Of a stretch of 64,000 bases of DNA, positions 56,861-64,000 are shown piece by piece. The translations under genes and the position numbers were made by a program. The DNA lies in contig DAIDHJ010000001.1 of the NCBI GenBank assembly GCA_027451965.1, positions 251,276-315,275 of the forward strand. The letters are read 5' to 3'. The stretch is from Candidatus Adlerbacteria bacterium (GTDB lineage: Bacteria > Patescibacteriota > Minisyncoccia > Phycocordibacterales > SBAW01). Within the stretch, counting starts at the first letter, position 1; each line of letters starts with the position of its first letter. The notes beneath the pieces are model-generated. The model was not told where the DNA came from. It saw only the letters and a program-made list of their open reading frames with translations, and ran no database searches.

Positions 56861-57345
56861 TGAAACGTATTATACGAGGATTATTCATACAAAGTTACCT
56901 CTTCTCACTTCCATTAGTATCTTTTGCAAGTGGTTCCACTGGAGGAGGCGGAGGAAGTACAGGCGGTGGAGGTGGTTCCACTGGAGGAGGCGGAGGAAGT
57001 ACAGGCGGTGGAGGTGGTTCCACTGGAGGAGGCGGAGGAAGTACAGGGACATTAATAAATCCTTTAAATGCAAATTCAGTTTGTGGTTTTTTGAAAGATG
57101 TACTTAATATTGTAATGCAAATTGCAATGCCAATTGCCTTATTATTTTTAGTATTAGCAGGATTTCAACTCGTTGCTGCTAGGGGAAATCCTGAAGCACT
57201 TACAAAAGCCAGAAAGAATCTCATTTATACGATTATTGGAATCGGCCTTTTTTTGGGAGCCTGGACTTTAGCGTTAGTACTTGCCAATACTATCAATGCC
57301 CTAGGTAGCTCTCTCGGACAGCCTAATAGTGTTGGTACTTGTTAA
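56860..57345 (+). CDS. secreted two-helix membrane protein with N-terminal (STGGGGG)5 repeat; TrbC/VirB2-like pilin candidate (paralog 1)
   Basis: Signal peptide and a Gly-Ser repeat tract, then two long hydrophobic helices separated by the polar loop ARGNPEALTKARKN. Confidence 0.5.
   Translation: MKRIIRGLFIQSYLFSLPLVSFASGSTGGGGGSTGGGGGSTGGGGGSTGGGGGSTGGGGGSTGTLINPLNANSVCGFLKDVLNIVMQIAMPIALLFLVLAGFQLVAARGNPEALTKARKNLIYTIIGIGLFLGAWTLALVLANTINALGSSLGQPNSVGTC
56938..57047 (+). repeat. tandem direct repeats (about 42-bp unit, 3 copies) encoding (STGGGGG)n
   Basis: ggttccactggaggaggcggaggaagtacaggcggtggaggt repeated nearly perfectly three times, in frame with the gene. Confidence 0.7.
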
Positions 57346-57349
57346 TTAT

Positions 57350-57601
57350 ATGAGTCTTACACTAGCTGGTATCGTAGGAAATATTGTCAACCTTATTAAC
57401 ACTACTATTCCTGTTCTTTCTACATTAGCATTGGCAATATTTTTACTAGGAATTGTTCGATATTTGTATTCTGAAACACAAGGGAAAAAGGACCAATCTA
57501 GAGAAGTAATTATATGGGGCATTATAGCCTTATTTATCATCTTTTCTTTGTGGGGAATTATTGCGGTAATGAAAAGCGTTTTGCTACCACCGGGGTTCTA
57601 A
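57350..57601 (+). CDS. two-helix small membrane protein (paralog 2, no signal peptide)
   Basis: 83 aa from the ATG at 57350: helix, then polar loop SETQGKKDQSRE, then helix ending SLWGIIAV, the same layout as the neighbouring paralogs. Confidence 0.4.
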   Translation: MSLTLAGIVGNIVNLINTTIPVLSTLALAIFLLGIVRYLYSETQGKKDQSREVIIWGIIALFIIFSLWGIIAVMKSVLLPPGF

Positions 57602-57673
57602 TCTCTATCCACACCGTCCTATTGTTTGGTTACACTAGTTTGCTACAGTGAAGGCATGTCTAATAATATTTAT

Positions 57674-58036
57674 ATGAAGAAAATACTAACAATTGCCGGA
57701 ATAATTTTTTCCATTCCGCTCCTTACCTTTGCTCAAGCGTCAAATGGTAATTCGTATATTAATTACTACATTACTCTTATACAGCAGGTGAGTTATATTC
57801 TTCATATCCTCATTCCTATTCTGGTTACTGCCGCTATTGTTATATTCTTCATTGGCTTAGTTCAATACATCTTTAAGCCTGATGATAAGGAAAAACCAAA
57901 GAAGACGATGATTGCAGGTATTGTGAGCATTTTTATCATGGTTTCATTGTGGGGGATTATCAGTTTGCTCCAGAATGTAGCGGGAGTAAATCCTAACTAC
58001 GTAAATCCTATACAACAAGGTCCTCAAGTACAATAA
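57674..58036 (+). CDS. secreted two-helix membrane protein, TrbC/VirB2-like pilin candidate (paralog 3)
   Basis: Signal peptide MKKILTIAGIIFSIPLLTFAQAS. Helix 1 LIPILVTAAIVIFFIGLVQYI, loop FKPDDKEKPKKT, helix 2 MIAGIVSIFIMVSLWGIISLL. About 60% identical to the 59799..60221 paralog. Confidence 0.5.
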   Translation: MKKILTIAGIIFSIPLLTFAQASNGNSYINYYITLIQQVSYILHILIPILVTAAIVIFFIGLVQYIFKPDDKEKPKKTMIAGIVSIFIMVSLWGIISLLQNVAGVNPNYVNPIQQGPQVQ

Positions 58037-58066
58037 AAATGTTCAACGTACAGTTGAGTCTATGGT

Positions 58067-58477
58067 ATGACGTCTGTCAGTAGCTTTGTAAGTGTAATAT
58101 CAACAAATATCATTAATCCTATTCTGGAGCTCATTTTTGCTTCCGGACTCTTACTTTTTTTAGTGGGAGTAGTCCAGTTTTTAATAGCCCTTTATCAAGG
58201 GAATAATGATGCAAAAAAGAAAGGACAACAGCATTTATTGTGGGGTGTACTAGGTATGTTTGTGATGTTAAGTGCTGTTGCTATTCTCCATTTTATTGGA
58301 AGTATTGCCTGCCAAAACGGAAGTTTGACTAATTGTTTCCCAACCTCAACTAATAGCGGGGGCGGTTCCACCGGAGGCGGAGGTGGTAGTACTGGCGGAG
58401 GTGGAGGAAGTATAGGTGGTGGAGGCGGTTCCACCGGAGGCGGAGGTGGTAGTACTGGTAATGTTCACTTTCAATAA
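58067..58477 (+). CDS. two-helix membrane protein with C-terminal (STGGGGG)n repeat (paralog 4)
   Basis: Helix, loop QGNNDAKKKGQQ, helix (LLWGVLGMFVMLSAVAIL), Cys-containing linker, then Gly-Ser repeats at the C-terminus. Confidence 0.5.
   Translation: MTSVSSFVSVISTNIINPILELIFASGLLLFLVGVVQFLIALYQGNNDAKKKGQQHLLWGVLGMFVMLSAVAILHFIGSIACQNGSLTNCFPTSTNSGGGSTGGGGGSTGGGGGSIGGGGGSTGGGGGSTGNVHFQ
58365..58458 (+). repeat. tandem direct repeats encoding C-terminal (STGGGGG)n tract
   Basis: ggcggttccaccggaggcggaggtggtagtactggcggaggtggaggaagtataggtggtggaggc... near-identical about 42-bp units. Confidence 0.7.
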
Positions 58478-58482
58478 AAAAG

Positions 58483-58508
58483 CACCCTCACCTTTTATGG
58501 TGAGGGTG
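58483..58508 (-). terminator. hairpin terminator overlapping the stop of 58495..59268 (minus strand)
   Basis: caccctcacc / ggtgagggtg with a tttta loop. On the minus strand it is followed by ttttttattg. The last four codons of the minus-strand gene lie in the stem. Confidence 0.45.
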
Positions 58509-59268
58509 GTAGGAGAGCATATCCTCCAATCAGCGGCATGTTCTCTGCTAGGATCTTCTGGAAATGTGCTCCTGGTTTGATTCTTGCTGTTTTACCGCCA
58601 TCGGCAACACAGGTGGTTTTGTTCTGTAAATCGACGAAGCAGAAGGGTGTGCCTTCAGCAACATCGATATGCAGATTACAGTGTCCCGCTAAGTTTATTA
58701 CCTTGGACATCTGATGTGGTTTCAGATTTAAAGGTTGTTCAACTCCGTTACAAGCTGGGGTCATTGTCACACTCATCATTTGATTTGATAGAGCGTGTGT
58801 AGAACCTTGTGCTATGGTTGGAGTTGATACACTGGAAGGTGTTGTTGCAAAGTATGTGGTTATGTTTGGAACGACTCCGAAACACAGTATCAGACCACCA
58901 ATGCAACAGCCTTCGAGAAATCTTGCAGAACGCTCATGACCTATTCGTGCAAAAGCACGTAGTACCGGTATCTCCAAGAGAAACCAGATACCCAGGTTAA
59001 ACCATGGTCGGTGCAGGTTGTTAACCTGTAGTTGTAAGCCAATACCGTGTGCCATGACAATGAGCACGGCCACAATAAATGGACCAACGAGGAAATTCAC
59101 TGCCAGAAGGAGTCCTAAGGAGACGGTGAACAATCTCCCCAACGGAATTTCCCAGAATATCTGGATGAAAAACCGGATGACGTCCTGGAAAATTTTTCTT
59201 GCTTCTTCTGTAAGTGTTTCGAAAATTCCCTTTGGTGATGGGTTAGCCAACACAATTCCTCCTTTCAA
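58495..59268 (-). CDS. hypothetical membrane protein with Cys-containing C-terminal extracytoplasmic domain
   Basis: About four TM helices in the N-terminal 150 aa, then a Thr/Ser-rich linker and a domain with four cysteines (ACNG...GHCNLH...FCFVDL...TCVADGG). Confidence 0.45.
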   Translation of the reverse strand: MKGGIVLANPSPKGIFETLTEEARKIFQDVIRFFIQIFWEIPLGRLFTVSLGLLLAVNFLVGPFIVAVLIVMAHGIGLQLQVNNLHRPWFNLGIWFLLEIPVLRAFARIGHERSARFLEGCCIGGLILCFGVVPNITTYFATTPSSVSTPTIAQGSTHALSNQMMSVTMTPACNGVEQPLNLKPHQMSKVINLAGHCNLHIDVAEGTPFCFVDLQNKTTCVADGGKTARIKPGAHFQKILAENMPLIGGYALLPPSP

Positions 59269-59342
59269 AGGACGATGACTGTGAGGCAGTATAACATTAA
59301 TTTATTTTTTGTCAAATTATTATATTTATATAAAACCGATTG

Positions 59343-59425
59343 TGGGCGAGGGGAGACTCGAACTCCCAAGCCTTGCGGCACATGGTCCTAAGCCATGCGT
59401 GTCTACCAATTTCACCACTCGCCCC
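59343..59425 (-). tRNA. tRNA-Leu (TAG)
   Basis: Reverse complement gives acceptor GGGCGAG/CTCGCCC, anticodon arm CATGG-CTTAGGA-CCATG, long variable arm, T-arm GGGAG-TTCGAGT-CTCCC. Confidence 0.8.
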
Positions 59426-59438
59426 CATATCAACGAAC

Positions 59439-59512
59439 TGGAGTCCACGGCGGGAATCGAACCCGCGTATAAGGGTTTTGCAGACCCATGCCTTACCACT
59501 TGGCCACGTGGA
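59439..59512 (-). tRNA. tRNA-Cys (GCA)
   Basis: Reverse complement gives acceptor GTCCACG/CGTGGAC, anticodon loop CTGCAAA, T-arm GCGGG-TTCGATT-CCCGC, encoded CCA. Confidence 0.75.
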
Positions 59513-59581
59513 CGCATGTTGTACTGTACCATGCATCATTCATTTTGAAATACATCACAACGGAGGTATAAAGATAGAGAA

Positions 59582-59669
59582 GCCGGGATGGCGGAATTGG
59601 TAGACGCGCGACACTTAAAATGTCGTGAGCTCGTATGGGCGCGTGTGGGTTCGATTCCCACTCCCGGCA
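59582..59669 (+). tRNA. tRNA-Leu (TAA)
   Basis: Acceptor GCCGGGA/TCCCGGC, anticodon arm CGACA-CTTAAAA-TGTCG, long variable arm, T-arm GTGGG-TTCGATT-CCCAC. Confidence 0.8.
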
Positions 59670-59709
59670 CATTGTGAGAGTGTTTATTATATTGTAGTTT
59701 GATACATAT

Positions 59710-59782
59710 CCGCCCATAGCTCAATTGGTAGAGCAGCTGCCTCTTAAGCAGTTGGTTGTAGGTTCGAGTCCTACTGGGCGGA
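59710..59782 (+). tRNA. tRNA-Lys (CTT)
   Basis: Acceptor CCGCCCA/TGGGCGG, D-arm GCTC-AATTGGTA-GAGC, anticodon arm GCTGC-CTCTTAA-GCAGT, T-arm GTAGG-TTCGAGT-CCTAC. Confidence 0.8.
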
Positions 59783-59798
59783 CTTATTTATGAGTTTC

Positions 59799-60221
59799 TT
59801 ATGGAAGCGGACCTCTTATAGTTCCGGGATTATTAGGAGGATTATTATTAGTACTATATCCGCCCAGTACAGGAGCAGATTGTGTAGCGGTAGCACTTAT
59901 ACCAAAAACATTTTGTATAACGGTAATGATTCCCCAGAGAGACACCATAATAAAGAGCGCGGAAATACCTGCAATCATAATCGCTTTTGATTTTGCTTTA
60001 TCGTCCGGTTTTGCGATGTATTGTATTAACCCAACAAAGAATACAACTATAGCGAGTGTAACTAAAATGGGAACAAGATCACTCAGAATCTTCCCAATGG
60101 TTGCGATAAGGTTTTCCCAATTTGTAACAGTCTGAACACCTTGATAACCAACAGAGCTTTGTGCAGAGGCTAATAGTGGTATAAAAAAAATACTTCCCAC
60201 GGTGCCCAGTAGCTTTTTCAT
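59799..60221 (-). CDS. secreted two-helix membrane protein, TrbC/VirB2-like pilin candidate (paralog 5)
   Basis: Signal peptide MKKLLGTVGSIFFIPLLASAQSS. Helix 1 LVPILVTLAIVVFFVGLIQYI, loop AKPDDKAKSKA, helix 2 IMIAGISALFIMVSLWGIITVI. Pro/Asn-rich tail. Confidence 0.5.
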   Translation of the reverse strand: MKKLLGTVGSIFFIPLLASAQSSVGYQGVQTVTNWENLIATIGKILSDLVPILVTLAIVVFFVGLIQYIAKPDDKAKSKAIMIAGISALFIMVSLWGIITVIQNVFGISATATQSAPVLGGYSTNNNPPNNPGTIRGPLP

Positions 60222-60309
60222 ATAAATTTTGAGTACATATACACTCTAACAAAAATCTGCATTTTATACAAGAAAATGAAGAGTATGTCCAATTGTGCAC
60301 CTGTAGTAT

Positions 60310-60627
60310 TCAGGAGAGTTCATCTAGTCGTTGTCGATTTTTCTCTCCTTTATCGATCATAAATTCAATGTGCGGCATACGCATACCGCGTACACGAGTG
60401 CGTAGAAATTCTGCAAGTTCGCCACAGTGTCGATTTGCAAACTCTAAACCGGATTGCTCGGCACTTTCTGGAAGTACGGTAATAAAAATAGTAGCGCGTC
60501 GTCCATCGTGAGAAAGGTCAGTATCGGTGACCGTAATAAGTGACTGGCGGCTTGCTTCACGAGCAAGGAATTCTGCCGCTGCTTCTCGTACTGCTTCTCG
60601 AGCGCGTTCTTCTCGATTGCTGTTCAT
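60310..60627 (-). CDS. rbfA: ribosome-binding factor A
   Basis: 105-aa KH-like protein: ITVTDTDLSHDGRRATIFITVL and LAEFLRTRVRGMRMPHIEFMID. Immediately downstream of infB. Confidence 0.8.
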   Translation of the reverse strand: MNSNREERAREAVREAAAEFLAREASRQSLITVTDTDLSHDGRRATIFITVLPESAEQSGLEFANRHCGELAEFLRTRVRGMRMPHIEFMIDKGEKNRQRLDELS

Positions 60628-62138
60628 ACCAGTGTGATTTCGTACGTTATGAGCGTATCTCCTGTCGCCGGTGTGCCGGTTGTTTTTAGTAATGCGCCAA
60701 ATTCTTTACCTTTCTCTACTTTTTTTACTTCTGTTTTTTGTGTCTGCAGTGAAAGAATTTCTCCGCGTCCTATTTCAAGGTCGCGACGCATAATCTTACA
60801 GGCATTTCCTACTGCAAGCTCTCCTTCTTCAACTCTTCCGCCAAGCACTATTCTATTTTTTATTGTGCTGAATATTTTCAAAATGCGAGCAGACGCAATG
60901 ATTGATTCCTGATGTGTCCGTGGACGCCGTTGTTCTATTTCCGTACTGAGCCACTCGCTGAGTTTGTAGATGATATCAAATAGGGCAATAGTAACGCCGA
61001 GACGTTCCGCAATGTCTTTCGCTTCTTTCTCTATTTTTACGTTGAACCCTAGAATAATGCCAGGAGTAGATCCGGCGCCGAGCATGCGTACATCGCTTTC
61101 AGTGATATTGCCAACATTCGTAGCAATAACACGTATCTCAAGTCCTGCAGCTGCAGGAATTTTTTCTATTTCATGCCGTACTGCTTCTCCAGTTCCTGCA
61201 ACATCGGTTTTAATAAGAAGCGGAAGTATGGTCGGTTTATTCTCTTCTTCTGTTTCTGATTGGGAAAAAGGAGAAATCGACTCGCGCAAGGGTACAGCTT
61301 GTGCAACTGCTTCCTCAGCTTGTTTTTTTGTTTCTACTGTATGCCATATATCTCCCACTTTAGGCAGGGAAGAGAATCCAACGATGCGTATCGGACTTCC
61401 TGCTGAGGCATGTTTCACCTGTACTCCGAGAAAATTCTCCATGATGCGCACCGGTGCATACGCTTTTCCTGATACGGCGAATTCGCCGGTAGCGATACTG
61501 CCATCTTTAATGATGAGTGTTGCGGTGTTGCCACGGCGAGGGTCTACATTTGCCTCTATCACCACACCTTCCGCGGGAATAGCAGGATGTGCAGCGAGTC
61601 CTTCCAGTTCAGCGGCCAAAAGAATGAGATCGAGTAGTTCTGGAACACCTGCTCCGGTTTTTCCTGATACGGCGACATACGGTACGTCTCCCCCCATACC
61701 TTCCAAAAATACTTGCTGTTCCAGCAGTGACAGTTTTGCACGTTCCAAGTCGCTACCCGGTTTGTCTATCTTGGTAAATGCGACGATATAGGGAATCTGT
61801 GCTTGTGTAATGAGTTGTAATGCCTCTAGTGTCTGCGGTTTGACTCCCTCTTCCGAGGACACGACAAGCACGGCCACGTCCGCCACCTCCAGTCCTCGGG
61901 ATCGCATGGCACGGAATGCTTCATGGCCGGGCGTATCGAGAAAGGTAATATGGCGTATTCCTTGGGGCGTTTGATGTTCCGCTTCATATGCAGAGAGATG
62001 TTGGGTAATGCCTCCTACTTCAGAAGCAACCACATTTGTACGGCGAATATAATCGAGCAAGGTCGATTTTCCGTGATCGATGTGTCCTACAATAGCGACA
62101 ATGGGAGGACGCTCCTGCGTCGTTGGTTGCTGTTCCAT
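60624..62138 (-). CDS. infB: translation initiation factor IF-2 (short form)
   Basis: G domain [17 protein letters not shown] ... DTPGHEAF ... TKID. IF-2 domain II and the C-terminal beta-barrels. 504 aa, lacking the long N-terminal region. Confidence 0.9.
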   Translation of the reverse strand: MEQQPTTQERPPIVAIVGHIDHGKSTLLDYIRRTNVVASEVGGITQHLSAYEAEHQTPQGIRHITFLDTPGHEAFRAMRSRGLEVADVAVLVVSSEEGVKPQTLEALQLITQAQIPYIVAFTKIDKPGSDLERAKLSLLEQQVFLEGMGGDVPYVAVSGKTGAGVPELLDLILLAAELEGLAAHPAIPAEGVVIEANVDPRRGNTATLIIKDGSIATGEFAVSGKAYAPVRIMENFLGVQVKHASAGSPIRIVGFSSLPKVGDIWHTVETKKQAEEAVAQAVPLRESISPFSQSETEEENKPTILPLLIKTDVAGTGEAVRHEIEKIPAAAGLEIRVIATNVGNITESDVRMLGAGSTPGIILGFNVKIEKEAKDIAERLGVTIALFDIIYKLSEWLSTEIEQRRPRTHQESIIASARILKIFSTIKNRIVLGGRVEEGELAVGNACKIMRRDLEIGRGEILSLQTQKTEVKKVEKGKEFGALLKTTGTPATGDTLITYEITLV

Positions 62139-62150
62139 AATATATGTTCG

Positions 62151-62663
62151 TTAACGATCTGCGGTGTGGTCTGCAATAGCACCTTTTGCTTTCTCTATCG
62201 CTTCCTGTTCCTCTTTACTGAGTTCGAACGTGGATTTGCCGTGTGCGACTGGTTTTCCGTACACCGCCATACGATCACGGGCGTAAAGACTTGAAAATAC
62301 CACCCCGTCATGTTTTTCGTCAAGAAACGCGACTGCAAAGCTTTGATTACCACCAGAGCCATCTCCAGAGAACGGATTAAAGCGAATAACGCCCAGGCCG
62401 GATATACTTCCTTGTAGTCGTTTTTCTACCAGTTTGAGATATCGCTCCAACTCACTGCGGAAGGTTTTTAAGTGAGTAATATCGTTGGAAAGCATACCTA
62501 CGCTCTCTTCGAGAGATCCGGTTTTTCCTAACATGAGGCGCGAAAGGCGCTGATGGAGAGATATCAGAAAGAAGAGTGCAATAAGCGCTGCGAGGAGTGC
62601 AAATCCGGCAAGATAGGGAGTAAGTGCCAGTAGCCATAGAGGGGTTGGGAGTGAAAATGCCAT
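62151..62663 (-). CDS. DUF4446-like membrane-anchored protein
   Basis: N-terminal TM helix, helical region, then GVIRFNPFSGDGSGGNQSFAVAFLDEKHDGVVFSSLYARDRMAVYGKPV. I recall this pattern from the DUF4446 family. Confidence 0.4.
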   Translation of the reverse strand: MAFSLPTPLWLLALTPYLAGFALLAALIALFFLISLHQRLSRLMLGKTGSLEESVGMLSNDITHLKTFRSELERYLKLVEKRLQGSISGLGVIRFNPFSGDGSGGNQSFAVAFLDEKHDGVVFSSLYARDRMAVYGKPVAHGKSTFELSKEEQEAIEKAKGAIADHTADR

Positions 62664-62684
62664 AGACAGAAGTATACTGTACCC

Positions 62685-63881
62685 ATGGCATTTTGGAAAA
62701 AACGCGTCTATGCAGACGCTGCTGCAGCAACGCCCCTTTCTCCTATCGCTCGCACTGAGCTTATTCGGCTCTTAGGATTGTATGGCAATGCAGGAGCGCT
62801 CCATCAGGAAGGAGTTGCAGCCCATGCTGCATTGGAGACAGCACGCACTACTATTGCAACCGCTATTGGTGCGCATGCAGATGAAATTATCTTCACGGGA
62901 AATGGTACGGAAGGGAATAATCTTGCGATACAGGGCAGTATACGGCCGCTCCTCTCGCAGCATGGAGAGGTACACGCTATTACTTCGGTGATAGAACATC
63001 AGTCTGTATTAGAACCACTGCATGCGCTTGAACGAGACGGTCTCTATACCACGCTGCTTGACGTTGATGGTGAGGGATTGATTGATCCACAAGAGCTTGC
63101 CGCAGCAATGAATAGCGAGACCGTGTGTATTTCCATACAGCTGGTCAATAGCGAGATAGGAACGGTGCAGCCAATCAAAGAGATTGCGAAAGAGGTGCGC
63201 CGCATACGAAAACAGCGCAACGAAGAGGGCAATACGCTTCCATTGTATTTCCACTGCGATGCATCACAAGCGCCACTCTGGATTCCGCTTCATATGGATG
63301 CATTGGGTGTGGATTTCTTGACGCTTGATGGACAAAAAGTACTTGGACCAAAAGGAGTTGGGGCACTGTTTGTTCGTCGCGGATGCACACTGGAACCGTT
63401 ATTATTTGGCGGCTCTCAAGAACGGGGATTGCGCGGAGGTACGCCGAATGTGCCGCTTGCCGGATCATTCGCTCTGGCACTCAAAGAAGCACAAGCTCAT
63501 GCAACGGAACGCAGTGAACGAGTAGAAAGGGTACGCAATCAACTGTTCTTCGATATTCAACAGTATCTTCCAACCGCCGTACTGAATGGACCACAGTTTG
63601 CACACCGTGTTGCGAATAATCTCAACATTTCCATCCCGGGCCTTGAAGGAGAAACCGGAGTGATCGCCCTTGATGTGGAAGGAATCGCTGCGTCTACACG
63701 TTCTGCATGCAGCGTACAAGAAGATACTGTTTCGCATGTTCTTGCCGCACTACGGGTTCCCCTGGAAGAGGCGCGCGGTGCTATCCGTTTGACCTTGTTG
63801 CCAGATGTGACAGTAGCAGATGCGCACGCTATCGTACATGGGCTTATTCGCGTTGCGAAAAGGTATAAATCCGTTGTATAA
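62685..63881 (+). CDS. cysteine desulfurase (NifS/IscS type, aminotransferase class V)
   Basis: IIFTGNGTEGNNLAI, PLP lysine context (DFLTLDGQKVLGPKGVGALFVRRG), and the active-site Cys near the C-terminus (STRSACSV). Confidence 0.85.
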   Translation: MAFWKKRVYADAAAATPLSPIARTELIRLLGLYGNAGALHQEGVAAHAALETARTTIATAIGAHADEIIFTGNGTEGNNLAIQGSIRPLLSQHGEVHAITSVIEHQSVLEPLHALERDGLYTTLLDVDGEGLIDPQELAAAMNSETVCISIQLVNSEIGTVQPIKEIAKEVRRIRKQRNEEGNTLPLYFHCDASQAPLWIPLHMDALGVDFLTLDGQKVLGPKGVGALFVRRGCTLEPLLFGGSQERGLRGGTPNVPLAGSFALALKEAQAHATERSERVERVRNQLFFDIQQYLPTAVLNGPQFAHRVANNLNISIPGLEGETGVIALDVEGIAASTRSACSVQEDTVSHVLAALRVPLEEARGAIRLTLLPDVTVADAHAIVHGLIRVAKRYKSVV

Positions 63882-63890
63882 TAAGGCCCT

Positions 63891-64000
63891 ATGGACATTG
63901 AGCAACTCACTAAGCACCAAATTGTACTCCTGACATTGCTTGTAAGCTTCATGACGTCCATAGCGACCGGCATTGTGACCGTTTCTCTCATGAATCAAGC
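63891..64000 (+). CDS. hypothetical membrane protein, 3' end outside window (partial)
   Basis: ATG at 63891 gives MDIEQLTKHQIVLLTLLVSFMTSIATGIVTVSLMNQ..., open to the window end. Confidence 0.25.
   Translation, partial: MDIEQLTKHQIVLLTLLVSFMTSIATGIVTVSLMNQ

Noticed and set aside
56885-57073. Minus-strand ORFs antisense to the Gly-Ser repeat tracts (also 58195..58434)
   Set aside because: Low-complexity antisense reading of tandem repeats (LLQWNHLHRLYFLR...); not credible proteins.
59309-59724. Several 60-90 aa ORFs on both strands (59309..59548, 59312..59539, 59340..59603, 59493..59717, 59536..59724)
   Set aside because: All lie across the tRNA-Leu/Cys/Leu/Lys cluster. They are artefacts of GC-rich structured RNA.

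Overview
This 64 kb window looks like a gene-dense piece of a small-genome bacterial chromosome. The taxon (CPR/Patescibacteria-like) is an inference from content: short IF-2, ValRS and S1, a compact RNase P RNA, a sortase, many small hypothetical proteins and about 50% GC.

Most of the window is housekeeping. I called rnj, secG, groES/groEL, lemA-htpX, panD, murJ, lepA, valS, tsaD, trxB-ftsZ-ftsA, ybeY, lepB, pth, rpsA, gyrA, rbfA-infB and a cysteine desulfurase. There are also 11 tRNA genes (Ser-GGA, Gly-CCC, Arg-CCT, Phe-GAA, Val-GAC, Ser-CGA, Glu-TTC, Leu-TAG, Cys-GCA, Leu-TAA, Lys-CTT), an RNase P RNA (rnpB), and about a dozen clear hairpin plus T-run terminators, several of them bidirectional. 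Coordinates and starts were worked out by eye, so ends may be off by a codon or two.

I saw no rRNA, CRISPR array, transposase or integrase. Stops TGA, TAA and TAG all appear in use.

The best candidate for a novel system sits directly downstream of tRNA-Ser(GGA). It is a small acidic 62-aa ORF followed by an 800-819 aa ABC-type ATPase (16539-19113). The ATPase has an N-terminal Walker A, a long coiled coil with a central CPLC zinc-hook motif, a C-terminal Walker B/H-loop, and an extra roughly 190-aa C-terminal domain ending in a CxxC...CxC zinc ribbon. That is a Rad50/SbcC-like architecture without an SbcD partner, and it also fits the RloC family of anticodon nucleases. I could not confirm the C-terminal nuclease motifs.

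Other accessory content:
- Sortase-LPNTG pair: a sortase sits next to an LPNTG-anchored surface protein.
- SecG-groES cluster: a cluster of small terminator-delimited ORFs plus a 2OG-Fe(II) oxygenase-like gene lies between secG and groES.
- LexA-like repressor: a LexA-like S24 repressor has a non-canonical N-terminal domain.
- CofE-like gene: a CofE-like gene is followed in frame, after a TAG stop, by a 101-codon ORF.
- HisRS-like gene: a divergent HisRS-like gene.
- Two-helix secreted protein family: five paralogous small secreted two-helix membrane proteins, which may be TrbC/VirB2-like pilins, flank a tRNA cluster. Two of them carry long tandem (STGGGGG)n repeats encoded by near-perfect 42-bp DNA repeats.
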